64,000 nucleotides of DNA from Clostridia bacterium (GTDB lineage Bacteria > Bacillota > Clostridia > UBA1381 > UBA9506): positions 2,726 through 66,725 of the forward strand of contig JAGBHP010000006.1 of assembly GCA_017935435.1 (NCBI GenBank), in the 5' to 3' direction. Below are positions 24,375 to 35,441 of this stretch, one piece after another (position 1 is the stretch's first letter; each line of letters starts with the position of its first letter). The translations under genes and the position numbers were made by a program. The notes under the pieces are model-generated. The model had not been told where the DNA came from, did no database searches, and saw only the letters and a program-made list of their open reading frames with translations.

Positions 24375-24683
24375 TTATATAAATAATTCTGTGATAAAGA
24401 CTACTGCTGAGGCAACGAGTGCAACTGTCAGCAGGCTTTTATTTTTGTATGCTAAAATCAGAGCTGCGCCAAAACCCAAAAAAGCCGATATTTTAGAGCT
24501 TGTTGAATAAAATATCGCAGGTATGGTCATCGCAGAGAGCGTCGCATACGGAACGTAGTGCAAAAAAGAACGGAGAAATCTGTTCGTGATTTTTTTGCGA
24601 ATTAAAGTAAGCGGCAATGCTCTTATTAAATAGGTAACAAGTGCCATCACCAAAATATATATGTAAATGGAAATGTTATTCAT
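24375..24683 (-). CDS. azlD: branched-chain amino acid exporter small subunit AzlD
   Basis: About 100 aa with 3-4 TM helices, LIRALPL motif. ATGAATAA overlap with the azlC stop. Start at M17 of the track ORF. Confidence 0.8.
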   Translation of the reverse strand: MNNISIYIYILVMALVTYLIRALPLTLIRKKITNRFLRSFLHYVPYATLSAMTIPAIFYSTSSKISAFLGFGAALILAYKNKSLLTVALVASAVVFITELFI

Positions 24684-25386
24684 CTTTTTCGTCCTCCAAG
24701 GGAAAGAAAATAGCGGCGCACGTTGCGGCAATTATTGTCGCAATTATAATCTGAAAGCCAGAAGAAATTCCTGAAAGCACAGGTGCATATTTTAAAATGC
24801 ACGAAAGAGCTATTGCTAAAAGTGCGGCAAAAAGTATATGCTTATCTTTTTTAGAGTCGGGAACGACTATTGCGATAAACATACCATAAATTGCAATCCC
24901 GAGAGCCGATGTAACGGAAAAGGGGAGCAGGTCGCCTGAAATTACACCGAGCAGCGTGCCAAAACACCAACCGAAAATAGAAACGGTCATAAGACCGTAG
25001 TTATAAAACGGACTAAGCTCACCTTTTACGCTTACGCTCACTCCGAAAATCTCATCAGTTACGCCGTGTGCCACCAAAAGTCTTGAAAGTGTTGAGGTTT
25101 TGTATGACAGTTTCTGCGAAAGAGCGCAGGACATTAAAAGATAGCGCAGATTGAGAATTAGTTGAGTTATTGCAAGCTCTAAAAGCGATGCGCCTGCGGC
25201 GATTATGGAAAGAGATGCAAATTGTCCTGCAGACGTAACATTAGTAAGTGACATTATCACGGCTTGAAGAGCAGACAGACCTGCGCTGCTTGCCTGTATT
25301 CCGAAAGCAAAAGAAACGGCAAGGTAGCCGAAGCATATCGGCAGACCGTCTTTTGTTCCTTTTTTATATATTGAAAGCTTATTCAT
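24676..25386 (-). CDS. azlC: AzlC family branched-chain amino acid exporter
   Basis: 236 aa polytopic protein. G.P...GY..V.FAFG N-terminus typical of AzlC. Confidence 0.85.
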   Translation of the reverse strand: MNKLSIYKKGTKDGLPICFGYLAVSFAFGIQASSAGLSALQAVIMSLTNVTSAGQFASLSIIAAGASLLELAITQLILNLRYLLMSCALSQKLSYKTSTLSRLLVAHGVTDEIFGVSVSVKGELSPFYNYGLMTVSIFGWCFGTLLGVISGDLLPFSVTSALGIAIYGMFIAIVVPDSKKDKHILFAALLAIALSCILKYAPVLSGISSGFQIIIATIIAATCAAIFFPLEDEKDE

Positions 25387-25645
25387 CTTTTTGTATGTTC
25401 CCTTCTTTTATAAGCTTGAGCTTTTGAGGTTTGGTAAGTTTTTTTATTGCACACTCCCGTTTTAGCGCATCTGATTTTGAAGAAAATTCCTCGAAATATG
25501 CAAGCTTTACGGGAAGGCGTGATTTTGTGTATTTTGCACCTTGACCATCGTTGTGAGTTTTAACACGCTTTTCGACATCGTTCGTATAGCCACAGTATAA
25601 TGAGCCGTCGCAACATTCTAAAAGATAAACAAAATATGCAGACAT
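25379..25645 (-). CDS. GIY-YIG nuclease family protein (UPF0213)
   Basis: YFVYLLEC.DGSLYCGYTNDVEKRV..HN GIY-YIG motif. Confidence 0.85.
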   Translation of the reverse strand: MSAYFVYLLECCDGSLYCGYTNDVEKRVKTHNDGQGAKYTKSRLPVKLAYFEEFSSKSDALKRECAIKKLTKPQKLKLIKEGNIQKDE

Positions 25646-25706
25646 CGAAAACAGCCTCTCCTTTTTGCAAAATACTTAGATATTTTACCACATCAGCAAA
25701 ATAATG

Positions 25707-26669
25707 TCAATTTCCCGACAAGATATTATTTACCTCTTTTCCAAAATCGGGATTTTTAATTTCAAATGTTTTTCCGTTTAAGTAATTTAAAATTCCTGCA
25801 TCGGTTTTAAAATCGAATTTTAATTTGTAGGAAATAAGAGCTTGTTTATTAACCTGTGCCTTTCTTCCTGTGATGCCGTATTTGCCGTCACCTAAAAGCG
25901 GACAGCCGATATGTGCCATTTGCGCGCGTATCTGATGGGTTCTGCCTGTGTGAAGCTCAACCTCGCAAAGAGTATGATTTTTATAGGTCTTTTTGGTTTT
26001 ATAATCAAGTATTGCAGTTTTTGCGTTCTTGCGGGGATTGTCGTAAACTGCAACAGTATTTTCCTTTTCGTTCTTTATTAAATAGGAAGTAATTCTGTCA
26101 GACTGCTTTTTAGGATGACCGCAGACAACACAAAGATAAAACTTTTGTATTTCACGGTTTTTGATTTTGTCATTTATAATACGAAGAGATTCAGCGTTTT
26201 TTACCGCTATAACAATTCCACGGGTGTTGCGGTCGATGCGGTTAGCCAGTGCAGGCGCAAAGCTCTGCTCATTTTCGGGCAGATATTCTTCCTTATTATA
26301 TAGGTAGCTTTGTATGTGGTTGATTAATGTGTTAACGCTTTCGTTTTCGTCTGAGTGAACCACCATGCCCTGAGGTTTGTCGCAAAGCAAAATATTTTCG
26401 TCTTCGTAAACTATCGAAAGCTCGGGGGTTTTTATTGCGCTGAAGGTTTTGTTTTCCTGAGCCTCAAAAAACTCATCGTTAATATAAAGCTCTAAAACAT
26501 CACCGCAGGAAAGCTTAAAAGCTTCCTTTTCGTGCTTGCCGTTTACACGCACTCTTTTTTTGCGCAGAGCTTTATAAACCATGCTTTGCGGCATCGTTTT
26601 AAAATATTTGATTAAGAATTTGTCAAGACGCTGACCTGCGTCGTTGGAGTTTACAGTTATTTTTTTCAT
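25707..26669 (-). CDS. RluA-family pseudouridine synthase with S4 domain
   Basis: RLD..L N-terminus, NRIDRNTRG and HTGRTHQIRAQMA catalytic blocks. Confidence 0.88.
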   Translation of the reverse strand: MKKITVNSNDAGQRLDKFLIKYFKTMPQSMVYKALRKKRVRVNGKHEKEAFKLSCGDVLELYINDEFFEAQENKTFSAIKTPELSIVYEDENILLCDKPQGMVVHSDENESVNTLINHIQSYLYNKEEYLPENEQSFAPALANRIDRNTRGIVIAVKNAESLRIINDKIKNREIQKFYLCVVCGHPKKQSDRITSYLIKNEKENTVAVYDNPRKNAKTAILDYKTKKTYKNHTLCEVELHTGRTHQIRAQMAHIGCPLLGDGKYGITGRKAQVNKQALISYKLKFDFKTDAGILNYLNGKTFEIKNPDFGKEVNNILSGN

Positions 26670-26799
26670 ATTGACCTCTGAGTAACTTTATAGTATAATT
26701 ATATTATACATTATATAGCTCGAAAAAGTTGCACAAAAAAGTAATGAAAATTCGCGAAAAGTTTGTGAAATATTTTTTGAACAAATTTTTATAAAAAAC

Positions 26800-26828
26800 T
26801 TGCAATTTTGGCGAAAATAGTGTATTAT
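26800..26828 (+). promoter_or_regulatory. promoter of the S10 operon
   Basis: TTGCAA, 17-nt spacer, TATTAT, about 335 nt upstream of rpsJ. Confidence 0.55.
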
Positions 26829-27036
26829 TATATAGGCTGTGACATGGCATACGATGAAGTGGGAGGTTGCCGCAAATGATGCGGGTTTTTCCATGGAGAA
26901 TGTCCGATTCATGAAACCGGGCGACAGAGTCATAGGCATAACAAAACGTAACTTGCGCTTGCGCTTATCCTTAGGGATTTTGCGCATATACGCACTTTTT
27001 GCGTCTTGTTTGCTGCTTAATTTAAGCACGATTGCG

Positions 27037-27070
27037 CCCAAAACAGTCTCGGCAGTTTTGGGTTTTATTT
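27037..27070 (+). terminator. terminator-like hairpin inside the S10 leader (candidate attenuator)
   Basis: CCCAAAAC-AGTCTCGGCA-GTTTTGGG followed by TTTTATTT. Confidence 0.6.
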
Positions 27071-27164
27071 CTGTCAGGGCACGAAACACCCGGCAGAGTG
27101 TGCTGAAAAAATGCTGTCGTTTCAAGACTCACAGACAACACTATTAATTAAGGAGGAAAGCAAG

Positions 27165-27479
27165 ATGGCACAGACAAGTCAGAAAATCAGAATCAGACTC
27201 AAAGCTTACGATCACATTCTTTTAGACCAGTCAGCTGAAAAGATTGTTGAAACAGCTAAGAGAACAGGAGCTAAGGTATCAGGTCCTATTCCGCTTCCGA
27301 CAAAGAAGGAAGTTATCACGATTCTGCGTGCTGTACACAAGTACAAAGATTCCAGAGAGCAGTTTGAAATGAGAACTCACAAAAGACTCATTGATATTCT
27401 TCTCCCCACACAGAAGACTATGGATGCATTAATGCGCATAGAACTGCCCGCAGGTGTGGACATCGAAATGAAACAATAA
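27165..27479 (+). CDS. rpsJ: 30S ribosomal protein S10
   Basis: [13 protein letters not shown]; AGGAGG RBS. Confidence 0.97.
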   Translation: MAQTSQKIRIRLKAYDHILLDQSAEKIVETAKRTGAKVSGPIPLPTKKEVITILRAVHKYKDSREQFEMRTHKRLIDILLPTQKTMDALMRIELPAGVDIEMKQ

Positions 27480-27586
27480 ACGGAAACTTTAAAGCTAAAT
27501 GCTTGGTTTCCTAAAGGCACTGTCGCAATTGCGGTAGGTCATGTTCACGAACAGTGAACCAATAACCATTATAGGAGGTGCTTTGT

Positions 27587-28216
27587 GTGAATAAAGCAAT
27601 TTTAGGTAAAAAGCTTGGTATGACTCAGCTTTTTGACGAGGAAGCAAGACTCGTTCCCGTTACGGTTATCGAGGCTGGCCCTTGCAGAGTCATCCAGAAA
27701 AAGACTGCAGAAAACGATGGATACGATGCAGTACAGTTAGGCTTCGGCGAAAAGAAAGAAAAACACACTTCAAAGCCGATGCAGGGACATTTCAAAAAAG
27801 CAGGTACAGCTTACATGCAGTACTTAAGAGAGTTCAAACTCGAAAATTCTGCTGAAATGAATGTTGGCGATGAAATCAAAGCAGACGTTTTTGCTGCTGG
27901 TGACAAAGTTGACGTTACAGGAATCAGCAAAGGTAAAGGTTATGCCGGCACGGTAAAAAGATGGGGAACACACCGCGGTCCTATGACTCACGGTTCAGGT
28001 TACCACAGAGGCCCCGGTTCTATGGGCGCTTGTTCTACTCCTTCAAGAGTAATGAAGGGCAAGAAGCTTGCAGGACACCTTGGTGTTGAAAAAGTTACCG
28101 TACAAAATCTTGATGTCATCACAATTGATGCAGAAAAGAACATTATCGCAATCCGCGGCTCCATTCCCGGACCTAAGGGCGGATTAGTAATCATCAAAAA
28201 TTCTGTTAAGGCGTAA
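27587..28216 (+). CDS. rplC: 50S ribosomal protein L3
   Basis: [11 protein letters not shown]; GTG start 8 nt after AGGAGG. Confidence 0.95.
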   Translation: MNKAILGKKLGMTQLFDEEARLVPVTVIEAGPCRVIQKKTAENDGYDAVQLGFGEKKEKHTSKPMQGHFKKAGTAYMQYLREFKLENSAEMNVGDEIKADVFAAGDKVDVTGISKGKGYAGTVKRWGTHRGPMTHGSGYHRGPGSMGACSTPSRVMKGKKLAGHLGVEKVTVQNLDVITIDAEKNIIAIRGSIPGPKGGLVIIKNSVKA

Positions 28217-28244
28217 CCCGACAGAAACGAAAGGAGGAAGTTAA

Positions 28245-28868
28245 ATGCCTAACACAGCGATTTATAACATGGAAGGCAAGGAACTCGGAAAAATTGAGTT
28301 AAACGAAGCAGTTTTCGGTATCGAACCGAGCGAAGCTGCTGTTCATACAGTTGTAGTAAACTACCTGGCAAATCAGAGACAGGGCACACAGAGCGCTTTA
28401 ACACGTGCTGAAGTTCGTGGCGGCGGTATTAAGCCTTGGAGACAGAAAGGTACAGGCCGTGCAAGACAGGGTTCAATCAGAGCTCCACAGTGGACCGGCG
28501 GTGGCGTTGTTTTTGCTCCGAAGCCGAGAAGTTACAGAACTTCTGTTAACAAGAAGATTAAAAAGCTTGCTATGCAGTCAGTTCTCACTTCTAAAGCTGC
28601 AAATGAAAACATCATTGTTTTAGATGCTCTCACTGTTGATGCTATCAAAACAAAAACTATCACAGAAATGCTTAAAAATTTAAACGTTACAGGTAAAGCT
28701 TTATTATTAACAAAAGAAGCTGACAAAAACGTTTATATGTCGGCAAGAAACATCCCCGGCGTTGATACAGCATTCGTGGGAACAGTAAACGTTTACGATA
28801 TCTTAAACCACACAAAGCTTATCGTAGCTAAAGATGCGGTTGAATTATTAGAGGAGGTGTATGCATAA
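28245..28868 (+). CDS. rplD: 50S ribosomal protein L4
   Basis: RQGT...[12 protein letters not shown] motif. Confidence 0.97.
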   Translation: MPNTAIYNMEGKELGKIELNEAVFGIEPSEAAVHTVVVNYLANQRQGTQSALTRAEVRGGGIKPWRQKGTGRARQGSIRAPQWTGGGVVFAPKPRSYRTSVNKKIKKLAMQSVLTSKAANENIIVLDALTVDAIKTKTITEMLKNLNVTGKALLLTKEADKNVYMSARNIPGVDTAFVGTVNVYDILNHTKLIVAKDAVELLEEVYA

Positions 28869-29161
28869 TGACGTGTGCGCACGATATTATTGTAAGACCT
28901 ATCATCTCTGAACAGAGCATGGAACAGATGGCAGACAAAAAATATACTTTTGAAGTAAAAAAATCTGCTAACAAAATTGAAATAAAGAAAGCTGTTGAGG
29001 AAGTTTTCGGCGTTAAGGTTTTAAACGTTACCACTTCAAATATGCTCGGCAAAAAGAAGAGAATGGGACGTTTTGAAGGAAGAAGAGCTTCTTGGAAAAA
29101 AGCAGTTGTTAAGCTTACTGCTGACAGCAAGACAATCGAATTCTTTGACGGAATGGCGTAA
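28868..29161 (+). CDS. rplW: 50S ribosomal protein L23
   Basis: [10 protein letters not shown]...YTFEV..A.K.EIK.AVE. Confidence 0.95.
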   Translation: MTCAHDIIVRPIISEQSMEQMADKKYTFEVKKSANKIEIKKAVEEVFGVKVLNVTTSNMLGKKKRMGRFEGRRASWKKAVVKLTADSKTIEFFDGMA

Positions 29162-29204
29162 GCCGAAGGCGTCAAAAACAAAACAGATTAAGGAGTGAAA
29201 GTAG

Positions 29205-30038
29205 ATGGCAATTAAAAAGTATAGTCCTACTTCTCCCGCCAGAAGATTTATGACGGTTTCCACTTTCGAGGAAATCACAAAGTTTGAGCCTGAGCGTTCT
29301 TTGCTTGAGCCGCTTAACAAAACGGCCGGCAGAAACTCTTACGGAAGAATAACCGTTAGACACAGAGGCGGCGGAAACAAGAGAAAATACAGAATTATAG
29401 ATTTTAAGAGAAATAAACCCGGAAGTGCAACAGTTATCGGTATCGAGTACGATCCTAACAGAACAGCAAACATTGCTTTAGTTCAGTATGAGGACGGCGA
29501 AAAGAGATACTTCATTGCTCCTGAAGGTGTAACAGACGGTGCAGTTTTAGTTACAGCTCCCGATGGCGCTGATATTAAGCCCGGTAACGCAATGCAGATT
29601 CAGTATATCCCTGTTGGTACTTTAATTCACAACATCGAGCTTATGCCCGGCAAAGGTGGTCAGCTTGTAAAAGCGGCCGGCGGTGCAGCTCAGCTCATGG
29701 CTAAAGAAGGTAAGTACGCTCAGGTTAGACTTCCCTCAGGCGAAGTTAGACTTATAAGACTTAACTGTATGGCAACAATCGGTCAGGTTGGTAATCTCGA
29801 TCACGAGAATATTTCAATCGGTAAAGCCGGCAGAAAGCGCCATATGGGCTTTAGACCCACAGTTCGTGGTTCTGTAATGAACCCCTGCGACCATCCGCAT
29901 GGTGGTGGTGAAGGTAAGTCACCTGTTGGACGTCCGTCACCTGTTACTCCTTGGGGTAAACCGGCACTCGGTCTTAAAACAAGGAAGAAAAAGAACATTA
30001 ACGATAAGTTCATCGTTAAGAGAAGAAACCAGAAATAA
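29205..30038 (+). CDS. rplB: 50S ribosomal protein L2
   Basis: RHRGGG.KR.YR.IDF...HPHGGGEG. Confidence 0.98.
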   Translation: MAIKKYSPTSPARRFMTVSTFEEITKFEPERSLLEPLNKTAGRNSYGRITVRHRGGGNKRKYRIIDFKRNKPGSATVIGIEYDPNRTANIALVQYEDGEKRYFIAPEGVTDGAVLVTAPDGADIKPGNAMQIQYIPVGTLIHNIELMPGKGGQLVKAAGGAAQLMAKEGKYAQVRLPSGEVRLIRLNCMATIGQVGNLDHENISIGKAGRKRHMGFRPTVRGSVMNPCDHPHGGGEGKSPVGRPSPVTPWGKPALGLKTRKKKNINDKFIVKRRNQK

Positions 30039-30092
30039 TGTAGCAGCTTGACTGCTAAACGGAATAAAATCTTGGTCGAAGGAGGAAAAACA

Positions 30093-30365
30093 GTGAGTAG
30101 ATCGGTTAAAAAAGGACCTTTTGTCGAAGAACGTTTATTAAACAGAATCGTTAAAATGAACGAAGCTAACGAGAAAAAGGTTATCAAAACATGGTCAAGA
30201 AGCTCGTCCATTTTCCCTGAAATGGTTGGTCACACAATCGCAGTTTATGACGGAAGAAAACATGTACCGGTATTCGTATCAGAGGACATGGTTGGTCACA
30301 AGCTTGGCGAGTTTGCACCGACAAGAACCTTTAAGGGTCATGCAGGAGCAAAGACTACTAAGTAA
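30093..30365 (+). CDS. rpsS: 30S ribosomal protein S19
   Basis: [10 protein letters not shown]...GHK.GEF..TR; GTG start after GGAGG. Confidence 0.95.
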   Translation: MSRSVKKGPFVEERLLNRIVKMNEANEKKVIKTWSRSSSIFPEMVGHTIAVYDGRKHVPVFVSEDMVGHKLGEFAPTRTFKGHAGAKTTK

Positions 30366-30469
30366 TTTATAAAAATTCCTTTCGCTTCGGAAAATCTTCT
30401 TATATAAATATCGAAGCGAGTTTCAAAAGACTAAGCATTCTTAGTCGATAACAGAGAGGAGGAGTAATT

Positions 30470-30805
30470 GTGGAAGCAAGAGCAACACTCAGTTATGCTC
30501 GTATTTCATCCAGAAAGGCAAAAATTGTACTGGATTTAATAAGAAACAAGCCCGTAGGCGAAGCTATGGGTATCATAAAAAATACTCCGAAGGCAGCAAG
30601 TGAGCTTTTGGAAAAACTCTTAGCATCAGCTATCGCAAATGCTGAGAACAATCATCATATGGACGTAAACAGCTTGTATGTGGCAGAATGTTTTGCAAAT
30701 CAGGGACCGACTCTTAAGAGAATCAGACCCAGAGCGCAGGGCAGAGCTTTCAGAATCAGAAAGAGAACAAGTCACATCACATTAGTATTAAAAGAGAAAG
30801 AATAA
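30470..30805 (+). CDS. rplV: 50S ribosomal protein L22
   Basis: [13 protein letters not shown]...RA.GRA..I.KRTSHI; GTG start. Confidence 0.96.
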   Translation: MEARATLSYARISSRKAKIVLDLIRNKPVGEAMGIIKNTPKAASELLEKLLASAIANAENNHHMDVNSLYVAECFANQGPTLKRIRPRAQGRAFRIRKRTSHITLVLKEKE

Positions 30806-30824
30806 GGAAAAGGAGGTAAGCAGT

Positions 30825-31505
30825 TTGGGTCAGAAAATGCATCCCCACGGTTTAAGAGTGGGCGTTATTAAGGATTGGGATTCAAGATGGTTCGCAGGCA
30901 AAAAAGAATTTGGCGAGAACCTCGTTGAAGACTACAAAATCAGAAAGTTTTTAAAGAAACTTTTGTTCCAGGCAGGTATTTCAAAAATTGAAATTGAGCG
31001 TACCTCAAAGAGAGTAAAAGTTAATATCTTTGCTGCAAAACCCGGTATCATCATTGGCCGTGGCGGCAGTGAAATCGATAAAGTTAAGAAACAAGTTGAA
31101 AATTTAACAAAGAAGAGCGTAGCACTTAACATTGAAGAGGTTAAACACCCCGACATGGATGCTCAGCTCGTTGCTGAAAACATCGCATCACAGCTCGAAC
31201 GCAGAATTTCGTTCAGAAAAGCTATGAAGTCCGTTATGGGCAGAGCTATGAAGTTCGGTGCTAAAGGTATCAAAACTGAATGTTCAGGTCGTTTAGGCGG
31301 CGCTGAAATCGCAAGAAGCGAAAGATACCACGAAGGAACTATTCCGCTGCAGACTTTAAGAGCAGATATCGATTACGGTTTCTGGGAGGCTGATACCACT
31401 TATGGTAAAATCGGCGTTAAGGTTTGGATATACAAGGGCGAAATACTTCCCGAAAGCAAAAAGAATGTTAAAGTAGCAGATGCTGCTCAAGTGGGAGGGA
31501 AATAA
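30825..31505 (+). CDS. rpsC: 30S ribosomal protein S3
   Basis: GQK.HP.G.R.G; KH domain; TTG start. Confidence 0.97.
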   Translation: MGQKMHPHGLRVGVIKDWDSRWFAGKKEFGENLVEDYKIRKFLKKLLFQAGISKIEIERTSKRVKVNIFAAKPGIIIGRGGSEIDKVKKQVENLTKKSVALNIEEVKHPDMDAQLVAENIASQLERRISFRKAMKSVMGRAMKFGAKGIKTECSGRLGGAEIARSERYHEGTIPLQTLRADIDYGFWEADTTYGKIGVKVWIYKGEILPESKKNVKVADAAQVGGK

Positions 31506-31508
31506 GCA

Positions 31509-31934
31509 ATGTTATTACCTAAGAGAGTTAAATACAGAAGAGTAATGCGTGGCAGAATGAAGGGCAAAGCAAGCCGTGGTAATACAGTGACTTACGGTGA
31601 ATATGGTCTTCAGGCAATGGAAGCTGCTTGGATTACAAGCAACCAGATAGAAGCTGCCCGTATCGCTATGACACGTTACATCAAAAGAGGTGGTCAGGTT
31701 TGGATTAAAATATTCCCTGACAAGCCGATAACAGAGAAACCTGCTGAAACCCGAATGGGTAGTGGTAAGGGTTCACCTGAGTACTGGGTAGCAGTTGTTA
31801 AGCCCGGCCGTGTAATGTTTGAAATTGCAGGCGTGGCTGAAGATGTTGCAAGGGAGGCACTTCGTCTTGCTATGCACAAGCTGCCTATCAAGTGCAAAAT
31901 CGTCAAAAAAGACGACCAAGAAATGGAGGCGTAG
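31509..31934 (+). CDS. rplP: 50S ribosomal protein L16
   Basis: [10 protein letters not shown]...RMGSGKG. Confidence 0.98.
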   Translation: MLLPKRVKYRRVMRGRMKGKASRGNTVTYGEYGLQAMEAAWITSNQIEAARIAMTRYIKRGGQVWIKIFPDKPITEKPAETRMGSGKGSPEYWVAVVKPGRVMFEIAGVAEDVAREALRLAMHKLPIKCKIVKKDDQEMEA

Positions 31935-31937
31935 AAT

Positions 31938-32141
31938 ATGAAGGTTAATGAAATTCGTGAATTTACAGCAGCCGAGCTTGAAAGTAATCTCGCTGATCTT
32001 AAAAAAGAGCTTTTTAACCTCCGATTCCAGAATGCTACCAATCAGCTTGAAAATCCTATGAGAATTGTTGAGGTAAAGAAAACTATTGCCAGAATTAAGA
32101 CAGTTATGATGGAAAGAGAGCTTGCTAAAGAAGCTAACTAA
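31938..32141 (+). CDS. rpmC: 50S ribosomal protein L29
   Basis: [13 protein letters not shown]. Confidence 0.96.
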   Translation: MKVNEIREFTAAELESNLADLKKELFNLRFQNATNQLENPMRIVEVKKTIARIKTVMMERELAKEAN

Positions 32142-32173
32142 GCTTTAAAGACGAGCTTGAAAGGAGTGAAATC

Positions 32174-32431
32174 ATGGAAGCAAGAAATTTCAGAAAACAG
32201 AGAATCGGTAAGGTTATAAGCGATAAGATGGACAAGACCATCGTTGTTGCTATTGAATATAACGTTAAGCATCCGCTTTACGGAAAAATCGTAAAGAGAA
32301 CCTACAAGCTTAAAGCTCATGACGAAAACAATGAGTGCCGTGTAGGTGACAGAGTTGCAGTTATGGAAACCAGACGTCTTTCTAAAGATAAGAGATGGAT
32401 ACTGGTTAAAATAGTAGAAAAAGCACAATAA
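32174..32431 (+). CDS. rpsQ: 30S ribosomal protein S17
   Basis: G.V.SDKMDKT.VV....HP.Y.K. Confidence 0.97.
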   Translation: MEARNFRKQRIGKVISDKMDKTIVVAIEYNVKHPLYGKIVKRTYKLKAHDENNECRVGDRVAVMETRRLSKDKRWILVKIVEKAQ

Positions 32432-32470
32432 TTTTAATATTGATAAACACCAAGAAATGGAGGTAACCAT

Positions 32471-32839
32471 ATGATTCAACAGCAGACGCTTTTGAAGGTT
32501 GCAGATAACACCGGCGCTAAAGAGCTTATGTGTATCCGAGTTTTAGGTGGTTCTAAAAGAAGATATGCAAACATCGGCGATGTTGTTATTGCTTCGGTTA
32601 AAAAAGCAACACCCGGCGGTGTTGTAAAAAAAGGCGACGTAATTAAAGCCGTAATCGTTCGTTCAGTTAAGGGCGTTAGACGTGTAGACGGAACATACAT
32701 CCGTTTCGATGATAACGCAGCAGTTATTATAAGAGATGACAAAAACCCCAGAGGAACCCGTATATTTGGCCCTGTTGCCAGAGAGCTTAGAGAAAAAGAA
32801 TACATGAAGATTCTTTCACTCGCTCCGGAAGTACTTTAA
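32471..32839 (+). CDS. rplN: 50S ribosomal protein L14
   Basis: MIQQQT.L.VADN.GAK. Confidence 0.98.
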   Translation: MIQQQTLLKVADNTGAKELMCIRVLGGSKRRYANIGDVVIASVKKATPGGVVKKGDVIKAVIVRSVKGVRRVDGTYIRFDDNAAVIIRDDKNPRGTRIFGPVARELREKEYMKILSLAPEVL

Positions 32840-32888
32840 TTTAAAATCTCAAGTGAAGATTGCTTGAAATCTAAGGAGGTGCTAAATA

Positions 32889-33212
32889 ATGGCAAGTATG
32901 CACATTAAATCCGGCGATAGCGTAGTTGTTATTTCCGGTAAAGATAAAGGTAAAAAGGGCAAGGTTTTAGAAGTTTTCCCAAAAGCGGAAAAAGTTATTG
33001 TTGAAGGTGTAGCTTTTGCTACAAAGCACACAAAGCCCAGACGTGCAGGCGAAACCGGTGGTATAATCAAACAGGAAACACCGATTTATGCATCAAATGT
33101 TATGCATGTTTGCAATAAGTGCAACAAAGCAACAAGAATTGCCAGAAAAATATTAGAAGACGGCAGCAAGGTTAGATACTGCAAAAAATGCGGAGAAGTA
33201 TTTAACGATTAA
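32889..33212 (+). CDS. rplX: 50S ribosomal protein L24 (with C-terminal CxxC...CxxC ribbon)
   Basis: KSGD.V.VISGKDKGK.G KOW motif; CNKCNK...CKKCG. Confidence 0.96.
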   Translation: MASMHIKSGDSVVVISGKDKGKKGKVLEVFPKAEKVIVEGVAFATKHTKPRRAGETGGIIKQETPIYASNVMHVCNKCNKATRIARKILEDGSKVRYCKKCGEVFND

Positions 33213-33240
33213 TTTTTGCGAAAAGGAGGTATAAAACCTA

Positions 33241-33783
33241 ATGGCTAGACTGCAGGAAAAATATAAAAATGAAGTTGCTCCAGCTCTTATGGAGAAATTC
33301 GGATATAAAAGCGTAATGCAGATTCCGAAGCTTGAAAAGATTGTTATTAACATCGGTCTTGGAGAAGCTAAGGAAAACGCAAAAGCACTTGATAGTGCAG
33401 TAAGCGATTTAGCTTTAATCACAGGTCAGAAGCCTGTTATCACAAAAGCTAAGAAGAGCGTAGCTGCATTTAAAATCAGAGAGGGAATGAACATCGGCTG
33501 TAAGGTAACGCTTCGTGGCGAGAAAATGTATGAATTCTTAGACAGATTCTTCAACGTTGCTCTCCCGCGTGTACGTGACTTCCGTGGAATTAACCCAAAT
33601 TCTTTTGATGGAAGAGGTAACTATTCTACCGGCGTTAAAGAACAGCTCATTTTCCCTGAAATCGAATATGACAAAATTGATAAAATCAGAGGTATGGATA
33701 TTATAATTGTTACTACTGCGAAGACCGACGAGGAAGGCAGAGAACTTCTGTCACTCATGGGTGCTCCGTTTTCCGGTAAGTAA
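33241..33783 (+). CDS. rplE: 50S ribosomal protein L5
   Basis: RLQEKYK.EV...L...F.Y. Confidence 0.98.
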   Translation: MARLQEKYKNEVAPALMEKFGYKSVMQIPKLEKIVINIGLGEAKENAKALDSAVSDLALITGQKPVITKAKKSVAAFKIREGMNIGCKVTLRGEKMYEFLDRFFNVALPRVRDFRGINPNSFDGRGNYSTGVKEQLIFPEIEYDKIDKIRGMDIIIVTTAKTDEEGRELLSLMGAPFSGK

Positions 33784-33797
33784 GGAGGAGGCACGTT

Positions 33798-33983
33798 ATG
33801 GCAAAGAAAGCTATGGTTAACAAACAGCAGAAAACGCCTAAATTCAGCACGCGTCACTACAACAGATGTAAAATCTGCGGAAGACCGCATGCTTATTTGA
33901 GAAAATTCGGCATCTGCCGTATTTGCTTCAGGGAACTTGCTCACCAGGGTCAGATTCCGGGCGTAAAGAAAGCTAGCTGGTAA
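33798..33983 (+). CDS. rpsN: 30S ribosomal protein S14 type Z (zinc form)
   Basis: 61 aa; [19 protein letters not shown]. Confidence 0.97.
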   Translation: MAKKAMVNKQQKTPKFSTRHYNRCKICGRPHAYLRKFGICRICFRELAHQGQIPGVKKASW

Positions 33984-34016
33984 TTATTTAATTGATTTTG
34001 GAAGGAGGTACTATTA

Positions 34017-34412
34017 ATGCAGATCACCGATCCTATTGCAGATATGCTTACAAGAATCAGAAATGCAAATGCTGCAAGACATGAGTCTGTTGATGTTCCG
34101 GCATCCAATATGAAGAAGGCTATTGCTCAGATTCTTTTGGAAGAGGGATATATCAAAAATTATCAAGTAATCGAGGACGGCAAACAGGGCATCATTAGAA
34201 TCGCTCTTAAGTATGTCGGTAAAGAAAAGGTTATTTCAGGTATAAAGAGAATTTCCAAGCCGGGTCTTAGAATATACAAAAGCTCAGAAGAGCTTCCCAG
34301 AGTACTGAAAGGACTTGGTATTGCTATCGTTTCGACATCACGCGGCGTGATGACCGACAAAAAGGCAAGAAAAGAAAATGTCGGCGGAGAAATTTTAGCA
34401 TTCGTATGGTAA
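34017..34412 (+). CDS. rpsH: 30S ribosomal protein S8
   Basis: [13 protein letters not shown]. Confidence 0.98.
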   Translation: MQITDPIADMLTRIRNANAARHESVDVPASNMKKAIAQILLEEGYIKNYQVIEDGKQGIIRIALKYVGKEKVISGIKRISKPGLRIYKSSEELPRVLKGLGIAIVSTSRGVMTDKKARKENVGGEILAFVW

Positions 34413-34441
34413 AAAATATAGGCTAAAGGAGGTTAGAGGCA

Positions 34442-34987
34442 ATGTCAAGAATAGGTAGAGCGCCTATCGAAGTTCCTAACGGCGTAACAGTTACAATTGC
34501 TGAAGGCAATGTTGTTACAGTCAAGGGTCCTAAGGGCGAATTAACTAAAAACTTACATTCTGATATGACAATTAAGCAAGAAGGAAACGAGCTTATCGTA
34601 ACTCGTCCTTCAGAAAATAAAAATCACAGAGCGCTTCATGGTCTTACAAGATCGCTCTTGAATAACATGGTAGTCGGCGTAACAAACGGTTATGAGAAAG
34701 TGTTAGAGGTTAACGGTGTTGGTTACCGTGCACAGATGGAAGGCAAAAACCTTGTTATGAACCTTGGTTTTTCTCACAACGTTGTAATGGAGCCGGTTGA
34801 CGGTATTACAATAGCTTGCCCCACACCCAACCAGATCGTAATTTCTGGTATCGACAAACAGGTTGTTGGCGAATTTGCAGCTGTTGTAAGAAAGAAAAGA
34901 CCCCCCGAACCGTATAAAGGTAAAGGTATCAAATACGCTGATGAGTATATCAGACGTAAAGAGGGTAAAACAGGCGGTAAGAAGTAA
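34442..34987 (+). CDS. rplF: 50S ribosomal protein L6
   Basis: SRIG..PI..P.GV.V. Confidence 0.98.
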   Translation: MSRIGRAPIEVPNGVTVTIAEGNVVTVKGPKGELTKNLHSDMTIKQEGNELIVTRPSENKNHRALHGLTRSLLNNMVVGVTNGYEKVLEVNGVGYRAQMEGKNLVMNLGFSHNVVMEPVDGITIACPTPNQIVISGIDKQVVGEFAAVVRKKRPPEPYKGKGIKYADEYIRRKEGKTGGKK

Positions 34988-35063
34988 TTTTAGTTCCTTA
35001 TACGCTTTTGCTATGGCAAAATCCATGGCGGCTTAAAAGCTAAAAAGAAAAGGAGTGAATAAC

Positions 35064-35423
35064 GTGATTAATAAGCCATCAAGTAATGAGGCAAGACTCA
35101 GAAGACATAAAAGAGTTCGTAAACAGATCAGCGGTACAGCTGCTCGTCCGAGACTCGCAGTTTTCAGAAGTCTTAAAAATATATACGCTCAGATTATCGA
35201 CGACGATAAGGGCGTAACACTCGTTTCCGCATCTTCACTCGATAAAGCTATCGAAGGAAACGGCGGTAACAAAGAAGCAGCAAGAGCAGTTGGTAAGCTC
35301 GTAGCTGAAAAGGCACTCGCTGCCGGAATTAAATCTGTTGTTTTTGACAGAGGTGGATACATCTACCACGGACGTGTTCTTGAGCTCGCAGAGGGAGCAA
35401 GAGAAGGCGGACTCGAATTTTAA
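35064..35423 (+). CDS. rplR: 50S ribosomal protein L18
   Basis: RLRRHKRVR...RPRL.VFRS; GTG 35064 placed 8 nt after AAGGAG. Confidence 0.95.
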   Translation: MINKPSSNEARLRRHKRVRKQISGTAARPRLAVFRSLKNIYAQIIDDDKGVTLVSASSLDKAIEGNGGNKEAARAVGKLVAEKALAAGIKSVVFDRGGYIYHGRVLELAEGAREGGLEF

Positions 35424-35441
35424 GAAAAGGAGGTAAGTAGC

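Noticed and set aside
26688-27147. ORFs 26688..27125 (-) and 26839..27147 (+) upstream of rpsJ
   Set aside because: Neither has an RBS. They overlap each other and the predicted S10 promoter, leader and terminator. Their composition is atypical. They are treated as non-coding leader.
29801-30211. Long antisense ORFs inside highly conserved genes (29801..30211, 54599..55021, 20722..21159, 13295..13786, 46436..46846)
   Set aside because: All lie opposite strongly supported genes. They lack RBSs and have skewed, low-complexity composition.
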